DNA from: a virus
Strand: one strand, 5' to 3'
IMG/VR virus record: IMGVR_UViG_3300026263_000200
DNA length: 64,000 nucleotides
Shown: positions 28,523 through 37,985 of the stretch, piece by piece
Position numbering within the stretch: position 1 is the first letter of the stretch
Layout: each line of letters begins with the position of its first letter
The notes under the pieces: generated by a model
What the model was told of the DNA's origin: nothing
The model's input: the letters and a program-made list of their open reading frames with translations, nothing else
The model's database searches: none
Position numbers and translations under genes: made by a program

Positions 28523-28981
28523 ATGAGATTAATTACCATTATTTTAACAGTATTATTGTTAGGTTCTAGTGCTTATGCAAGTGAATTAGGATTTAAATTC
28601 CATAGTCCATCATTTTCTGGTAATGGAAAGTCATCACACTATCTAACGATAGAGAACATAGAGAAAACTAGAAAAGACGCTATAAAAGCAGCAAATAAAG
28701 CGGCGGCAGATAAAGCGGCGGCAGATGCTAAATCAACATCTATAGCAAAATTCAAAGCAAATATAGAGTCAAGATTTTATACTGCTCTTGCAAAACAAAT
28801 TACAGACAATGTATTTGGTACTGATGGTCTTCAACAAGACTCAGGTACATTTACAAATCCAGTTGGTGGAGAAACAGTTGAGTGGACAACACCATCAGGT
28901 ACAGGTAATGTCGTAGTAACTGTCACGGAGTCCGATGGAACTGTAACGACATTTACAATGCCTAAAGAGGACAATTCGTAA
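28523..28981 (+). CDS. csgF: curli assembly protein CsgF-like
   Basis: signal peptide then ELGFKFHSPSFSGNG, matching CsgF N-terminal F-x-(N/S)-P-x-F-x-G motif; adjacent to csgG. Confidence 0.75.
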   Translation: MRLITIILTVLLLGSSAYASELGFKFHSPSFSGNGKSSHYLTIENIEKTRKDAIKAANKAAADKAAADAKSTSIAKFKANIESRFYTALAKQITDNVFGTDGLQQDSGTFTNPVGGETVEWTTPSGTGNVVVTVTESDGTVTTFTMPKEDNS

Positions 28982-30135
28982 TGTTTAAATACATAAGTAT
29001 ATTTTTACTAACATTATTGTTAGTTGGATGTGCAGGTAAACCAAAGTTTGATATAAGAACTCAAACAGTTGCTTATAAAGACTTGTCAGTTATATCAGCA
29101 CCGAAAGGTGAACCAATTATAATTGCTGTCTATGACTTTTTAGATATGACAGGACAAAAGAAACCTGGTGGCAACTTTGCGTCTATGAGTACAGCAGTAA
29201 CTCAAGGTTCATATCAGTTGTTGATTAAAGCATTACAAGACGCAGGCGAAGGCAAATGGTTTAGAGTAGTAGAACGAGCAAGTTTACCAAGTCTATTACA
29301 AGAAAGAAAATTAATACGTTCTACAAGACAACAAGTTAATGGAGAAGGTGCAGAACCATTACCACCATTACTATTTGCAGGTGCATATATAACAGGTGGT
29401 ATTGTAGGATATGATAGTGATATTAAATCAGGTGGTTTAGGTGCTAGAATATTAGGTATTCAAAGCAACAAACAATTTAGACAAGATATAGTTACTATTA
29501 TATTAAGACTAGTCAATGTACAAACTGGTGAAGTTGTACTATCAACAACAGTTGAAAAGACTATTGTATCAACAATGACTGGTGGAGATATATTCAAGTA
29601 CTTTGATACTGATACAATGTTATTAGAAGTTGAAGCAGGATATGCTAAGAACGAACCAGTTACACTTGCAGTTAGAAAAGCAATTGAAAAAGGTGTAGTT
29701 GATGTTATTAATTTAGGTGCAAATAAAGGACTATGGGAGTTTGCTGTTGAAATAGTACCAACAAAAGATTTAAAAGTAGTACAAGATGATATTACAGTTG
29801 ATATGGGCGAAGTAATGCCAGAAAAAACTTATGAAGACTTTAAGAAAGAAAAGAAAGCTAGAAAAGAATTAAAGAAAGCACAAAAACTTGAAGTAAAAAA
29901 TTATAATAAAGCAAATGGAACAAAGTTTAAAACTTGGGACGAATATCAAGCACATTTAGAACATTTAGCGGCACTTGAAGCTAAAGAAATAGAAAAAGAA
30001 GAACGTAAGAACGGTATACAAGATAAAATAACAGAAGAAGAAGAGTGGAACCAAGTAGACGAAACAGTAGAGGAGAACAAGTCAGATGAAAAAGATAGTA
30101 ATGGCAATAGTGATTCTTCTAGCGACAACAATTAA
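28981..30135 (+). CDS. csgG: curli secretion channel CsgG-like lipoprotein with charged C-terminal extension
   Basis: lipobox LVGC; AVYDFLDMTGQKK, STAVTQG, WFRVVER, LLQERKLIR, GGIVGYD, NEPVTLAVRKAIE. Confidence 0.92.
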   Translation: MFKYISIFLLTLLLVGCAGKPKFDIRTQTVAYKDLSVISAPKGEPIIIAVYDFLDMTGQKKPGGNFASMSTAVTQGSYQLLIKALQDAGEGKWFRVVERASLPSLLQERKLIRSTRQQVNGEGAEPLPPLLFAGAYITGGIVGYDSDIKSGGLGARILGIQSNKQFRQDIVTIILRLVNVQTGEVVLSTTVEKTIVSTMTGGDIFKYFDTDTMLLEVEAGYAKNEPVTLAVRKAIEKGVVDVINLGANKGLWEFAVEIVPTKDLKVVQDDITVDMGEVMPEKTYEDFKKEKKARKELKKAQKLEVKNYNKANGTKFKTWDEYQAHLEHLAALEAKEIEKEERKNGIQDKITEEEEWNQVDETVEENKSDEKDSNGNSDSSSDNN

Positions 30136-31177
30136 TTGTTTCGCAGGTAATTCAGTTTATATCCAACAAGATAATCAAGACAGCGACGGATCAATCTTTA
30201 TAAAACAAGATGGTTCAGGTAATACTTTTGGGTATTCAACATCATATCCATTTAAAGTAAGTGGAGAGAACATCACAATCGTTATAAAACAAATAGGTGA
30301 TAATAATAAAACAGATTATTCAAATCACTTGACTTTTTATGGTGAGGATATGACTTTAGATTATACAGCAACTGGTGATGGTAATAAATTAAGAATAGAT
30401 AGTGATGATACGGATGCTACTGGACATTATTTAGACCACGATATTACAGGTGATTCAAATGTAGTAGATTATGATACCTGGGGAGATGATTCAACAAATT
30501 TCAATGTTGATTTAGATATTACTGGAGACTCAAATACATTTTGGGTACAGAATAGAGGAGATAATCACTTCTTATATGTTCTTATATCAGGTGATAGTAA
30601 TACCGTAGAGTGGTATAGTACAACAGATTCAGTAGGGTTTAATACAAACTCTAACAAGGCAATTGGTCCACAATCAACATCACACGGACAGTTTGCAGAC
30701 AGTTCAGGTAGTGAAGGTGCAAGTGCAGACATTTATATTATTGGTAACTCAAATGTAATACATACTTCAACATATGGTACAGGTAACTATCAACTACACG
30801 ACATTATAGGTTCTTCAAACCTTTTAGATATACACTCTAGTTACACTGGTTCTGATACAGACCCATATGGAGACTCAATGATTATATCAGGCGATAGTAA
30901 TTATTTAAGGACTTATATATCTGGTGATAGTAATACAATAAGATTACATATGGCAGGTGGAAATAATACTGCTAAAATTTATCTTTATACAGATAGTTCA
31001 GTAATAAACTTTGCTCAAACAGGTGGTGGCAACACAGGTCAAGTTACTATATCAGGTGATTCAATTTACGATTACACATTAAACTTTTCACAAAATGGAT
31101 CCGATAATTGTACATATTCGTACAACAGAAACAATCAAACAGCAGATGTAACTGCTACAGTATCAAACGGATGTTAA
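30086..31177 (+). CDS. secreted curlin-like beta-solenoid repeat protein
   Basis: signal peptide; repeated (Q/I)-x-G-D-x-N units (IKQDGSGN, KQIGDNN, ITGDSN, ISGDSN, QTGGGN). Confidence 0.7.
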   Translation: MKKIVMAIVILLATTINCFAGNSVYIQQDNQDSDGSIFIKQDGSGNTFGYSTSYPFKVSGENITIVIKQIGDNNKTDYSNHLTFYGEDMTLDYTATGDGNKLRIDSDDTDATGHYLDHDITGDSNVVDYDTWGDDSTNFNVDLDITGDSNTFWVQNRGDNHFLYVLISGDSNTVEWYSTTDSVGFNTNSNKAIGPQSTSHGQFADSSGSEGASADIYIIGNSNVIHTSTYGTGNYQLHDIIGSSNLLDIHSSYTGSDTDPYGDSMIISGDSNYLRTYISGDSNTIRLHMAGGNNTAKIYLYTDSSVINFAQTGGGNTGQVTISGDSIYDYTLNFSQNGSDNCTYSYNRNNQTADVTATVSNGC

Positions 31178-33361
31178 ATGAAACTATTTCATAATCCTTG
31201 GGAAAAATGGGCGATAATAATTTGTGTTACTGTATTATTAGTATTAGGAATATCATCAGCTAAATCTCAAATAACAAGTCCAAAAGTTGGCGAAGTCATA
31301 GGTCAAATGGGTACGACTTGGAATGAAAGAGAAGGATCAACTCAAAATACCTCAATGGGTTATGAGTTGCAGATGAATGACTTTTTACAAACAGGTGAAG
31401 ATGGTGGTATGATATTATCTTATGTTGATAATACTAAATTTACAATGGGACCAAATACAGAATTAACTATTGATGAATTTGCTTTTGATACTTCTGTTGT
31501 ACCAATAGAAATTGCAATGAACATATCGGTTAATGTTGGTACATTTACATATGAATCAGGTCAAGTATCTACATTAGGTGGAGAAGTTAATATTAATGCT
31601 GGTAATGCTACAATTACAGTACAAGGTACTGCTTTTTCAGGTACGGTAACATCTTCAGGTCAAGCAACTATTACTTTGTTGCCAGATAGTTCTGGTGCAG
31701 TAGGACAAGTAACTGTATCCAATGACGCAGGTTCTCAAACAATAACTAACGCTTACAATTCAGTAACCGTTTTATCAAATGACTTAGCACCAACACCTCC
31801 AAAAATAGAAACTAATAAACAAGATATTATTGAGTTAGATGAATTTGAAGAAGAAATAAAAGATGAAAGTCAAAAACATTTTGGTGATATGGATTCAAAA
31901 TCTGAAATGTCTAAAGAAGAATCTGAAGCACAGGAGATGGAAGAGGCAATCATAAATGAAGAAGTAAGTATAGTAGAAGATAGTAATACAATTGTTGCTA
32001 CAGATTTATCAGTTGGTGAAACAGACGCAATAGTTGAAACAAAATCAGCAGAAGAAACAGCATTAGTTGAAATAGAAGAAGTTGATACATCTTATTATGA
32101 CGAATGGGAAAGTGATTTAAAAGATTGGGGTTATATAGATGAAGATAACCAGATTTCAGTTTGGGATGCCGAAGGTGAAAAAACTATGGATTGGGATGAC
32201 GCAAAGAAAATGTATGCAGAAATGGATCAAGCATACTTTGACGCCATTGGTTGTTCAGATTGTACTTGGGATACTATTGATTGGGATACTATTGATTGGG
32301 ATGAGGTAGATTGGGATGCTTATTCTGACAAGTATAATGAACTATTAGAAGACTATGGTTTAACTTCTTGGAATGTAGAAGTAGAAGAGCAAGATGTAGT
32401 TGAAGATACAAAAGATGAAACAGAAGTACAAGCAATTGAAGGATATACTTGGGAAGATTTTGCTTTAGATGATGACTACTATAACAATGCAGAATACAAA
32501 GCACAAGGTGGACCTCCAACATTAACTGTACAAAACTATTGTGAGTACAATGGATACGAAGACTACTGGTGCAACCAAGACTATGTTGATTACTTAAATG
32601 ACTGGTACAAAGATGACTGGACTTTAAAAGTAACCAATGATAGTTGGACTAAAGAATCTAAAAAGATATTTGGTAAATTATATGGTTGGTGTGGATCGTG
32701 GCCGAATTATAAAATGTGTGATGACCAACCTAAACCCTGGAAGATGAAAGACTTAAAGAAGACTTACATAACTGATTGGGAGTGGGCAGATTGGGACACA
32801 TATTGGGACGCATTATACGATTGGTGGTACACAGGTTACGATTACAATAATGAAGATGATGAGACCAATTGGGAAGATGAATATTCTTATGAAGATGACT
32901 ATGATATAGACGCAGAATTAGAATTATTATTAGCAAGTTATGATGAAGAAGAGTGTTTAAAATATGGATACTATTGGGACAATGCTAATCAATCTTGTGG
33001 TAGTGAATGGGTTGATAACGAAGGTAATGAAACTTCGGTAACTGCTAGTGGTGAAACATTAAACTACTCTACTGGAGATGTAACTCAAACTCTAACTACA
33101 ACAGATGGAGTAACAGGTGCGACTTCAAGTGCAACTTCCACTGGAAGAGTATCAACATTAGGCAATGATTTTGACGCAGATTCAAGTACAAGTGGCGATT
33201 ACACAATCATAAATAGATATAACGATAATCATAGAGCATATGTAAAGACTGAAACGAGTAAAGAGGCAGATATTCAGATTTTACAAGATAAAGAAGCTCA
33301 ACACCTTGACGTAGGAAATTCTTCTACACAAAATAATATTACAGTAATACAAACGGATTAA
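31178..33361 (+). CDS. FecR-domain protein with acidic Trp-rich region
   Basis: N-terminal TM/signal; LQMNDFLQTGEDG...FTMGPNTELTIDEF...ATITVQGTAF FecR-like; D/E/W-rich middle. Confidence 0.72.
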   Translation: MKLFHNPWEKWAIIICVTVLLVLGISSAKSQITSPKVGEVIGQMGTTWNEREGSTQNTSMGYELQMNDFLQTGEDGGMILSYVDNTKFTMGPNTELTIDEFAFDTSVVPIEIAMNISVNVGTFTYESGQVSTLGGEVNINAGNATITVQGTAFSGTVTSSGQATITLLPDSSGAVGQVTVSNDAGSQTITNAYNSVTVLSNDLAPTPPKIETNKQDIIELDEFEEEIKDESQKHFGDMDSKSEMSKEESEAQEMEEAIINEEVSIVEDSNTIVATDLSVGETDAIVETKSAEETALVEIEEVDTSYYDEWESDLKDWGYIDEDNQISVWDAEGEKTMDWDDAKKMYAEMDQAYFDAIGCSDCTWDTIDWDTIDWDEVDWDAYSDKYNELLEDYGLTSWNVEVEEQDVVEDTKDETEVQAIEGYTWEDFALDDDYYNNAEYKAQGGPPTLTVQNYCEYNGYEDYWCNQDYVDYLNDWYKDDWTLKVTNDSWTKESKKIFGKLYGWCGSWPNYKMCDDQPKPWKMKDLKKTYITDWEWADWDTYWDALYDWWYTGYDYNNEDDETNWEDEYSYEDDYDIDAELELLLASYDEEECLKYGYYWDNANQSCGSEWVDNEGNETSVTASGETLNYSTGDVTQTLTTTDGVTGATSSATSTGRVSTLGNDFDADSSTSGDYTIINRYNDNHRAYVKTETSKEADIQILQDKEAQHLDVGNSSTQNNITVIQTD
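32267..32317 (+). repeat. 15-bp tandem repeat encoding WDTID/WDEVD
   Basis: tgggatactattgat x2, tgggatgaggtagat, tgggat. Confidence 0.85.
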
Positions 33362-33455
33362 ATATGGACTACGGAACTATCACTCTATTCTTAATATTTG
33401 GAATACTTATCTATATGAATTGGTCTATTTACAGATGGATAGATAGAGAATTTTA

Positions 33456-33869
33456 ATGCCTGATTTACAAGTAGATATAGCAAAACTCAAAAAAGACATA
33501 GAACAAGTCAATAATATCAATATACGTTTAGACACAGCAATAGACAAATTAACAGATGTATCAACATCTATTAAGTCTATGTTGGCGGTACACTCCGAAA
33601 AGATTGCTAGACAAGAACAAGTTGATGAAATTATATTTGAAAAATTGAAAGAAAGAGCAGGTGAAATTGACAATGTACATAGAGAATTAACTAGAGAAAT
33701 AGAACAAAGTGAAAGACGTTTATTATTAGAAATTAAAGCAATAAGAAACGATATTGGTGCTAGAGTTGGTATGTTAGAAAAATATAGATGGATTATATTA
33801 GGTGCTGCTATAGTAATAGGATGGATAGTATCTGGCAATTTCTCCGAAATTGTTAGGATGATGAGCTAA
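33456..33869 (+). CDS. coiled-coil protein with C-terminal TM
   Basis: heptads then LEKYRWIILGAAIVIGW. Confidence 0.6.
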   Translation: MPDLQVDIAKLKKDIEQVNNINIRLDTAIDKLTDVSTSIKSMLAVHSEKIARQEQVDEIIFEKLKERAGEIDNVHRELTREIEQSERRLLLEIKAIRNDIGARVGMLEKYRWIILGAAIVIGWIVSGNFSEIVRMMS

Positions 33870-33891
33870 TAGGATACTCGTAGGTTTTACC

Positions 33892-33918
33892 CCTGGAAAA
33901 CACCCAGGCATTTTTTTT
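33892..33918 (+). terminator. rho-independent terminator
   Basis: CCTGG-loop-CCAGG followed by T8, ends late region. Confidence 0.7.
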
Positions 33919-33942
33919 GTTCAGGACCTTTTTCGTACAGAC

Positions 33943-33971
33943 TTGACTATTTTCGTGAAATGGTGTATATT
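33943..33971 (+). promoter_or_regulatory. sigma70-type promoter for primase/nrd operon
   Basis: TTGACT-N17-TATATT. Confidence 0.7.
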
Positions 33972-33984
33972 ATGAGATAGTGTT

Positions 33985-34980
33985 ATGTCAAGTTTTATAG
34001 ATTTAAAGTATATTAATGCTATCTCTTCAGCATTAAGTCAGTTTAAAAAGAAGACAGATTATCTTTTCAATTTCAGGTGTCCACATTGTGGAGACTCGCA
34101 GAAGAGTAAGACTAAAGCAAGAGCATATCTTTATAGAGTAAAAAATGATATGTTCTTTAAATGCCACAATTGTGGTATGGGTCAGAATTTAGCAAATTTC
34201 ATTAAATTCTTGGATCCTAAAAAATACGGAGAATACTTATTAGAGAGATACAAAGGATCGGCACCTTCCACGCCCCAACCTAAATTTGACTTTAAACCCA
34301 CAAAATTTAAAGAAACAAATTTACTAGATTCTTGTATTAAAGTAAGTACGTTAAAAGACGGACATCCTGTAAAGGAGTACGTAAAGAAAAGATTGATACC
34401 TCCACAATATTATGATATAATTTATTTTGTTGACAAATTTCATAATTTTGCCAATAAAGTGAAACCAGGAACTTTTAAAGAAAAATATGAACACCCTAGA
34501 TTAATTATTCCTTTCTTTGATGTAACTGGTAAGTTGTTTGCATTTCAAGGCAGAGCATTTGGAAAAGAACAACCAAAATATATTACTATTAAACTTGATG
34601 AATCAAAACAAAAAGTATATGGACTTGAACGTGTAAATTATCAAAAACATATTTACATAGTTGAAGGTCCACTTGATAGTTTGTTTTTAGATAATTGTTT
34701 AGCAGCAGGTGGTGCTGACTTAACATTGAGAGTGTCAAGTGACCAAGTTACATATATATTTGACAACGAACCTCGTAATAAAGAAATCATAAAAAGGATG
34801 TACGCAGTAGTTGAAAAGGATTATAATGTAGTAGTCTGGCCAAATGATGTGCAACTTAAAGATGTAAATGAAATGATAATGAATGGAATGAAAATAAGTG
34901 AACTAAAAGATATCATAAGTAATAATACATTTAGCAAATTAGAGGCATTAACGAAATTAAACTATTATAAAAAATGTTAG
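33985..34980 (+). CDS. 61: DNA primase (T4 gp61)
   Basis: Zn finger CPHCGDS...CHNC, TOPRIM VEGPLDS, FDNEPRN, KDVNE. Confidence 0.95.
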   Translation: MSSFIDLKYINAISSALSQFKKKTDYLFNFRCPHCGDSQKSKTKARAYLYRVKNDMFFKCHNCGMGQNLANFIKFLDPKKYGEYLLERYKGSAPSTPQPKFDFKPTKFKETNLLDSCIKVSTLKDGHPVKEYVKKRLIPPQYYDIIYFVDKFHNFANKVKPGTFKEKYEHPRLIIPFFDVTGKLFAFQGRAFGKEQPKYITIKLDESKQKVYGLERVNYQKHIYIVEGPLDSLFLDNCLAAGGADLTLRVSSDQVTYIFDNEPRNKEIIKRMYAVVEKDYNVVVWPNDVQLKDVNEMIMNGMKISELKDIISNNTFSKLEALTKLNYYKKC

Positions 34981-34987
34981 GAGAAAG

Positions 34988-37303
34988 ATGGTGAACGAAA
35001 ATATAAGTGTAGTGAAACGTAATGGAAGAGGTAAAGAATCTCTTAACATTGAGAAGATACATCAAATGGTAGAATATGCGTGTGAAGACATAACGCAAGT
35101 TTCTGCTTCTTCTGTAGAAATGAATAGTGGTCTACAATTTTATGATGGTATATCAACAAACGAAATTCAACAAATCTTAATCAAGTCAGCAAACGACTTA
35201 ATCACTTTAGAAAATCCAAATTATCAATATGTTGCCGCTAGACTATTACTCTATAGTTTAAGAAAACAATTATTTCATAAAATGTGGGATCATCCACATA
35301 TTTTTACACACGTACAAAATAATATAGAAAAGGGTATCTATGATAAAGATATTTTAAATTGGTATGATAAAAAAGATTTTGATAGAATGGAAAATTGGTT
35401 AAATCACGAAAGAGATTATACATTTACATATGCAGGTTTAAGACAAGTTATTGATAAGTACCTAGTGCAAGATAGAAGTACAGGACAAATTTATGAAACT
35501 CCACAATTTATGTATATGATGATAGCTGCTACATTATTTTCACAATATCCAAAGAGTAAGAGGATGAGTTATGTTAAAAGATATTATGACGCAATTTCAA
35601 GATTTAAAATTAATATTCCAACGCCTGTTATGGCAGGTGTTAGAACTCCCATTAGGCAATATGCGAGTTGTGTATTGGTTGATGTTGATGATACTTTACC
35701 TAGTATTTTTTCTAGTGATATGGCGATAGGTAAGTATGTTGCTCAAAGAGCAGGTATTGGTATCAATGCAGGACGTATTAGAGGAATTAATTCACGTATT
35801 AGAGGTGGTGAAGTACAACACACAGGTGTTATACCATTTCTAAAAAAATTTGAGGCAACTGTTAAGTGTTGTACTCAAAATGGAGTACGTGGTGGTAGTG
35901 CAACGGTTCACTTCCCTATTTGGCACAAAGAAATAGAAGATATAATTGTTTTAAAAAATAATAAAGGTAGTGAAGATAATAGAGTTAGAAAATTAGATTA
36001 CTCTATACAGTTATCAAAATTATTTTATGAAAGATTTATTAATGATGAAGAGATAACTTTATTTTCACCACACGAAGTACCAGAACTTTATGAAGCGTGG
36101 GGATCAAAAGAATTTGATAAACTTTATGAAACGGCAGAAAGAAAAACAAGTGTTTGGAAACATAAAATCAAAGCACAGGACTTGTTTATGGCAATTTTAA
36201 AAGAAAGAGCAGAAACAGGTCGTATTTACATTATGAATATAGACCATTGTAATACTCATTCCTCTTTTAAAGATAGAGTTTATATGTCTAACTTATGTCA
36301 AGAGATTACTTTACCTACAGACCCTATAAGTCATATAGATGGTAATGGAGAAATTGCATTATGTATTCTATCAGCAATTAATGTAGGACTTTTAAAAGAT
36401 TTAGATGAATTAGAATCCTTATGCGATTTAGCAGTAAGGTCATTAGACGAAGTTATAGACCATCAAAAATATCCAGTTAGAGCGGCAGAAATTTCTACAA
36501 AAAATAGAAGAAGTTTAGGAATTGGATATATTGGTCTTGCTCATTACTTAGCAACATTAGGACTTGGTTATGAAACTAAAACTGCTTGGAAAGAAGTAGA
36601 TAAGTTATCAGAAGCATTCCAATATTATCTATTAAGAGCAAGTAATGAATTAGCAAAAGAAAAGGGAAAATGTGAATCCTTTTCTAAAACAAAGTATTCA
36701 GATGGTATCTTACCAATTGACACCTACAAAAAAGAAGTTGATGAGATTGTATCTCGGAAACTTTCATATAAATGGGAAGACTTGAGGAAAGATATTAAGG
36801 AATTTGGGTTAAGACATAGCACACTCACGGCTCAAATGCCTTCTGAAAGCTCTAGCGTGGTTTGTAATGCCACAAACGGCATTGAACCACCTAGAGATTA
36901 TATTTCAGTTAAGAAGAGTAAGAAAGGTACTTTAAAACAAGTTGTACCTGATTATAAAAGATTAAAAAATAATTATACATTGTTATGGGATATGAAATCT
37001 AACGAAGGATATATAAACATAGTAGCAGTAATGCAGAAATATTTTGACCAATCAATTAGTGGAAATTGGTCATATAATCCTGAAAATTATGATGAAGGAG
37101 AAATACCATTATCAATAATGGCAGAAGATTTATTGACAACTTATAAGTTAGGATGGAAGACTTCTTATTATCAGAATACATATGATAGTAAAAGAGATAT
37201 AGAGGAACCTGTACATCCTATTGGTTGGAAAGATGATGTACCAGAAGCAAAGACTATAATGGAGAAAAAAGACGAAGAAGAATGTGAAACCTGTGTAATT
37301 TAA
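34988..37303 (+). CDS. nrdA: ribonucleotide reductase class Ia alpha subunit
   Basis: ATP cone, PTPVMAG, ASCVL, SNLCQEI, C-terminal CETC. Confidence 0.97.
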   Translation: MVNENISVVKRNGRGKESLNIEKIHQMVEYACEDITQVSASSVEMNSGLQFYDGISTNEIQQILIKSANDLITLENPNYQYVAARLLLYSLRKQLFHKMWDHPHIFTHVQNNIEKGIYDKDILNWYDKKDFDRMENWLNHERDYTFTYAGLRQVIDKYLVQDRSTGQIYETPQFMYMMIAATLFSQYPKSKRMSYVKRYYDAISRFKINIPTPVMAGVRTPIRQYASCVLVDVDDTLPSIFSSDMAIGKYVAQRAGIGINAGRIRGINSRIRGGEVQHTGVIPFLKKFEATVKCCTQNGVRGGSATVHFPIWHKEIEDIIVLKNNKGSEDNRVRKLDYSIQLSKLFYERFINDEEITLFSPHEVPELYEAWGSKEFDKLYETAERKTSVWKHKIKAQDLFMAILKERAETGRIYIMNIDHCNTHSSFKDRVYMSNLCQEITLPTDPISHIDGNGEIALCILSAINVGLLKDLDELESLCDLAVRSLDEVIDHQKYPVRAAEISTKNRRSLGIGYIGLAHYLATLGLGYETKTAWKEVDKLSEAFQYYLLRASNELAKEKGKCESFSKTKYSDGILPIDTYKKEVDEIVSRKLSYKWEDLRKDIKEFGLRHSTLTAQMPSESSSVVCNATNGIEPPRDYISVKKSKKGTLKQVVPDYKRLKNNYTLLWDMKSNEGYINIVAVMQKYFDQSISGNWSYNPENYDEGEIPLSIMAEDLLTTYKLGWKTSYYQNTYDSKRDIEEPVHPIGWKDDVPEAKTIMEKKDEEECETCVI

Positions 37304-37313
37304 AAGGAATTTT

Positions 37314-37985
37314 ATGGCATTTTTATGTGCAAATGTACCACATACGGAAGTACTAGTTAAAAAACAATACCTTTATGATTTTAAAAAAGGTCACGGAGAA
37401 TTTGAACCAGGTATCTGGTGTACTGTTAAAAGTATTCAAGGTAGAGCATTATACTTTGAAACTTATTTGTATGAAACAGGAGCATTATATGATAAACTTC
37501 CTATATCAGCATTTGTATGGAAAAAGACAAAAGAAGATATAACATTACCAGAATTACAATTATGGGATTGTTTTGATTATGATATTACTATTATTGAAAA
37601 ACAATTAGTAAGTGGTAATAGATGTACGTTTCTATCACCAAGTAAGAAATTATATGAAGGAAATTATATGTTTAGTATAGATAGTTGTCGTGCAACAAAC
37701 AAAGAACTTAATGTAGGGTATAGTGAAACTCCTTCACAACATAAATCATTTAACATATTAAAATTAGATAATGGACATTTTGCTGCTCAACCTAATAATA
37801 GAGTTTTGTTTTATGATAAATCATTAACCCCTAGTAAAGTAAAAGTGCCAGATTATAAAGTATCTACTATAGAGTATAGTGTAGATAATATGGATAAATG
37901 GACAGCAGGTGATAGTGATGAACACCATTATGAGTTAACAGAATCAGAAAGATTACAGAAAGAATTAGAACCGATAAATGACTAA
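37314..37985 (+). CDS. conserved hypothetical protein between nrdA and nrdB
   Basis: full ORF with RBS; LQLWDCF and GHFAAQPNNR motifs. Confidence 0.6.
   Translation: MAFLCANVPHTEVLVKKQYLYDFKKGHGEFEPGIWCTVKSIQGRALYFETYLYETGALYDKLPISAFVWKKTKEDITLPELQLWDCFDYDITIIEKQLVSGNRCTFLSPSKKLYEGNYMFSIDSCRATNKELNVGYSETPSQHKSFNILKLDNGHFAAQPNNRVLFYDKSLTPSKVKVPDYKVSTIEYSVDNMDKWTAGDSDEHHYELTESERLQKELEPIND

Noticed and set aside
32267-32317. Short direct repeats as possible CRISPR array
   Set aside because: 15-bp in-frame coding repeats without spacers; no cas genes
33919-33938. GTTC near primase promoter as a third LexA-like box
   Set aside because: Second half-site is not at 7-bp spacing
37314-37985. Possible intron or homing endonuclease between nrdA and nrdB
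   Set aside because: Both nrd genes are intact and the ORF has no HNH, GIY-YIG or LAGLIDADG motif
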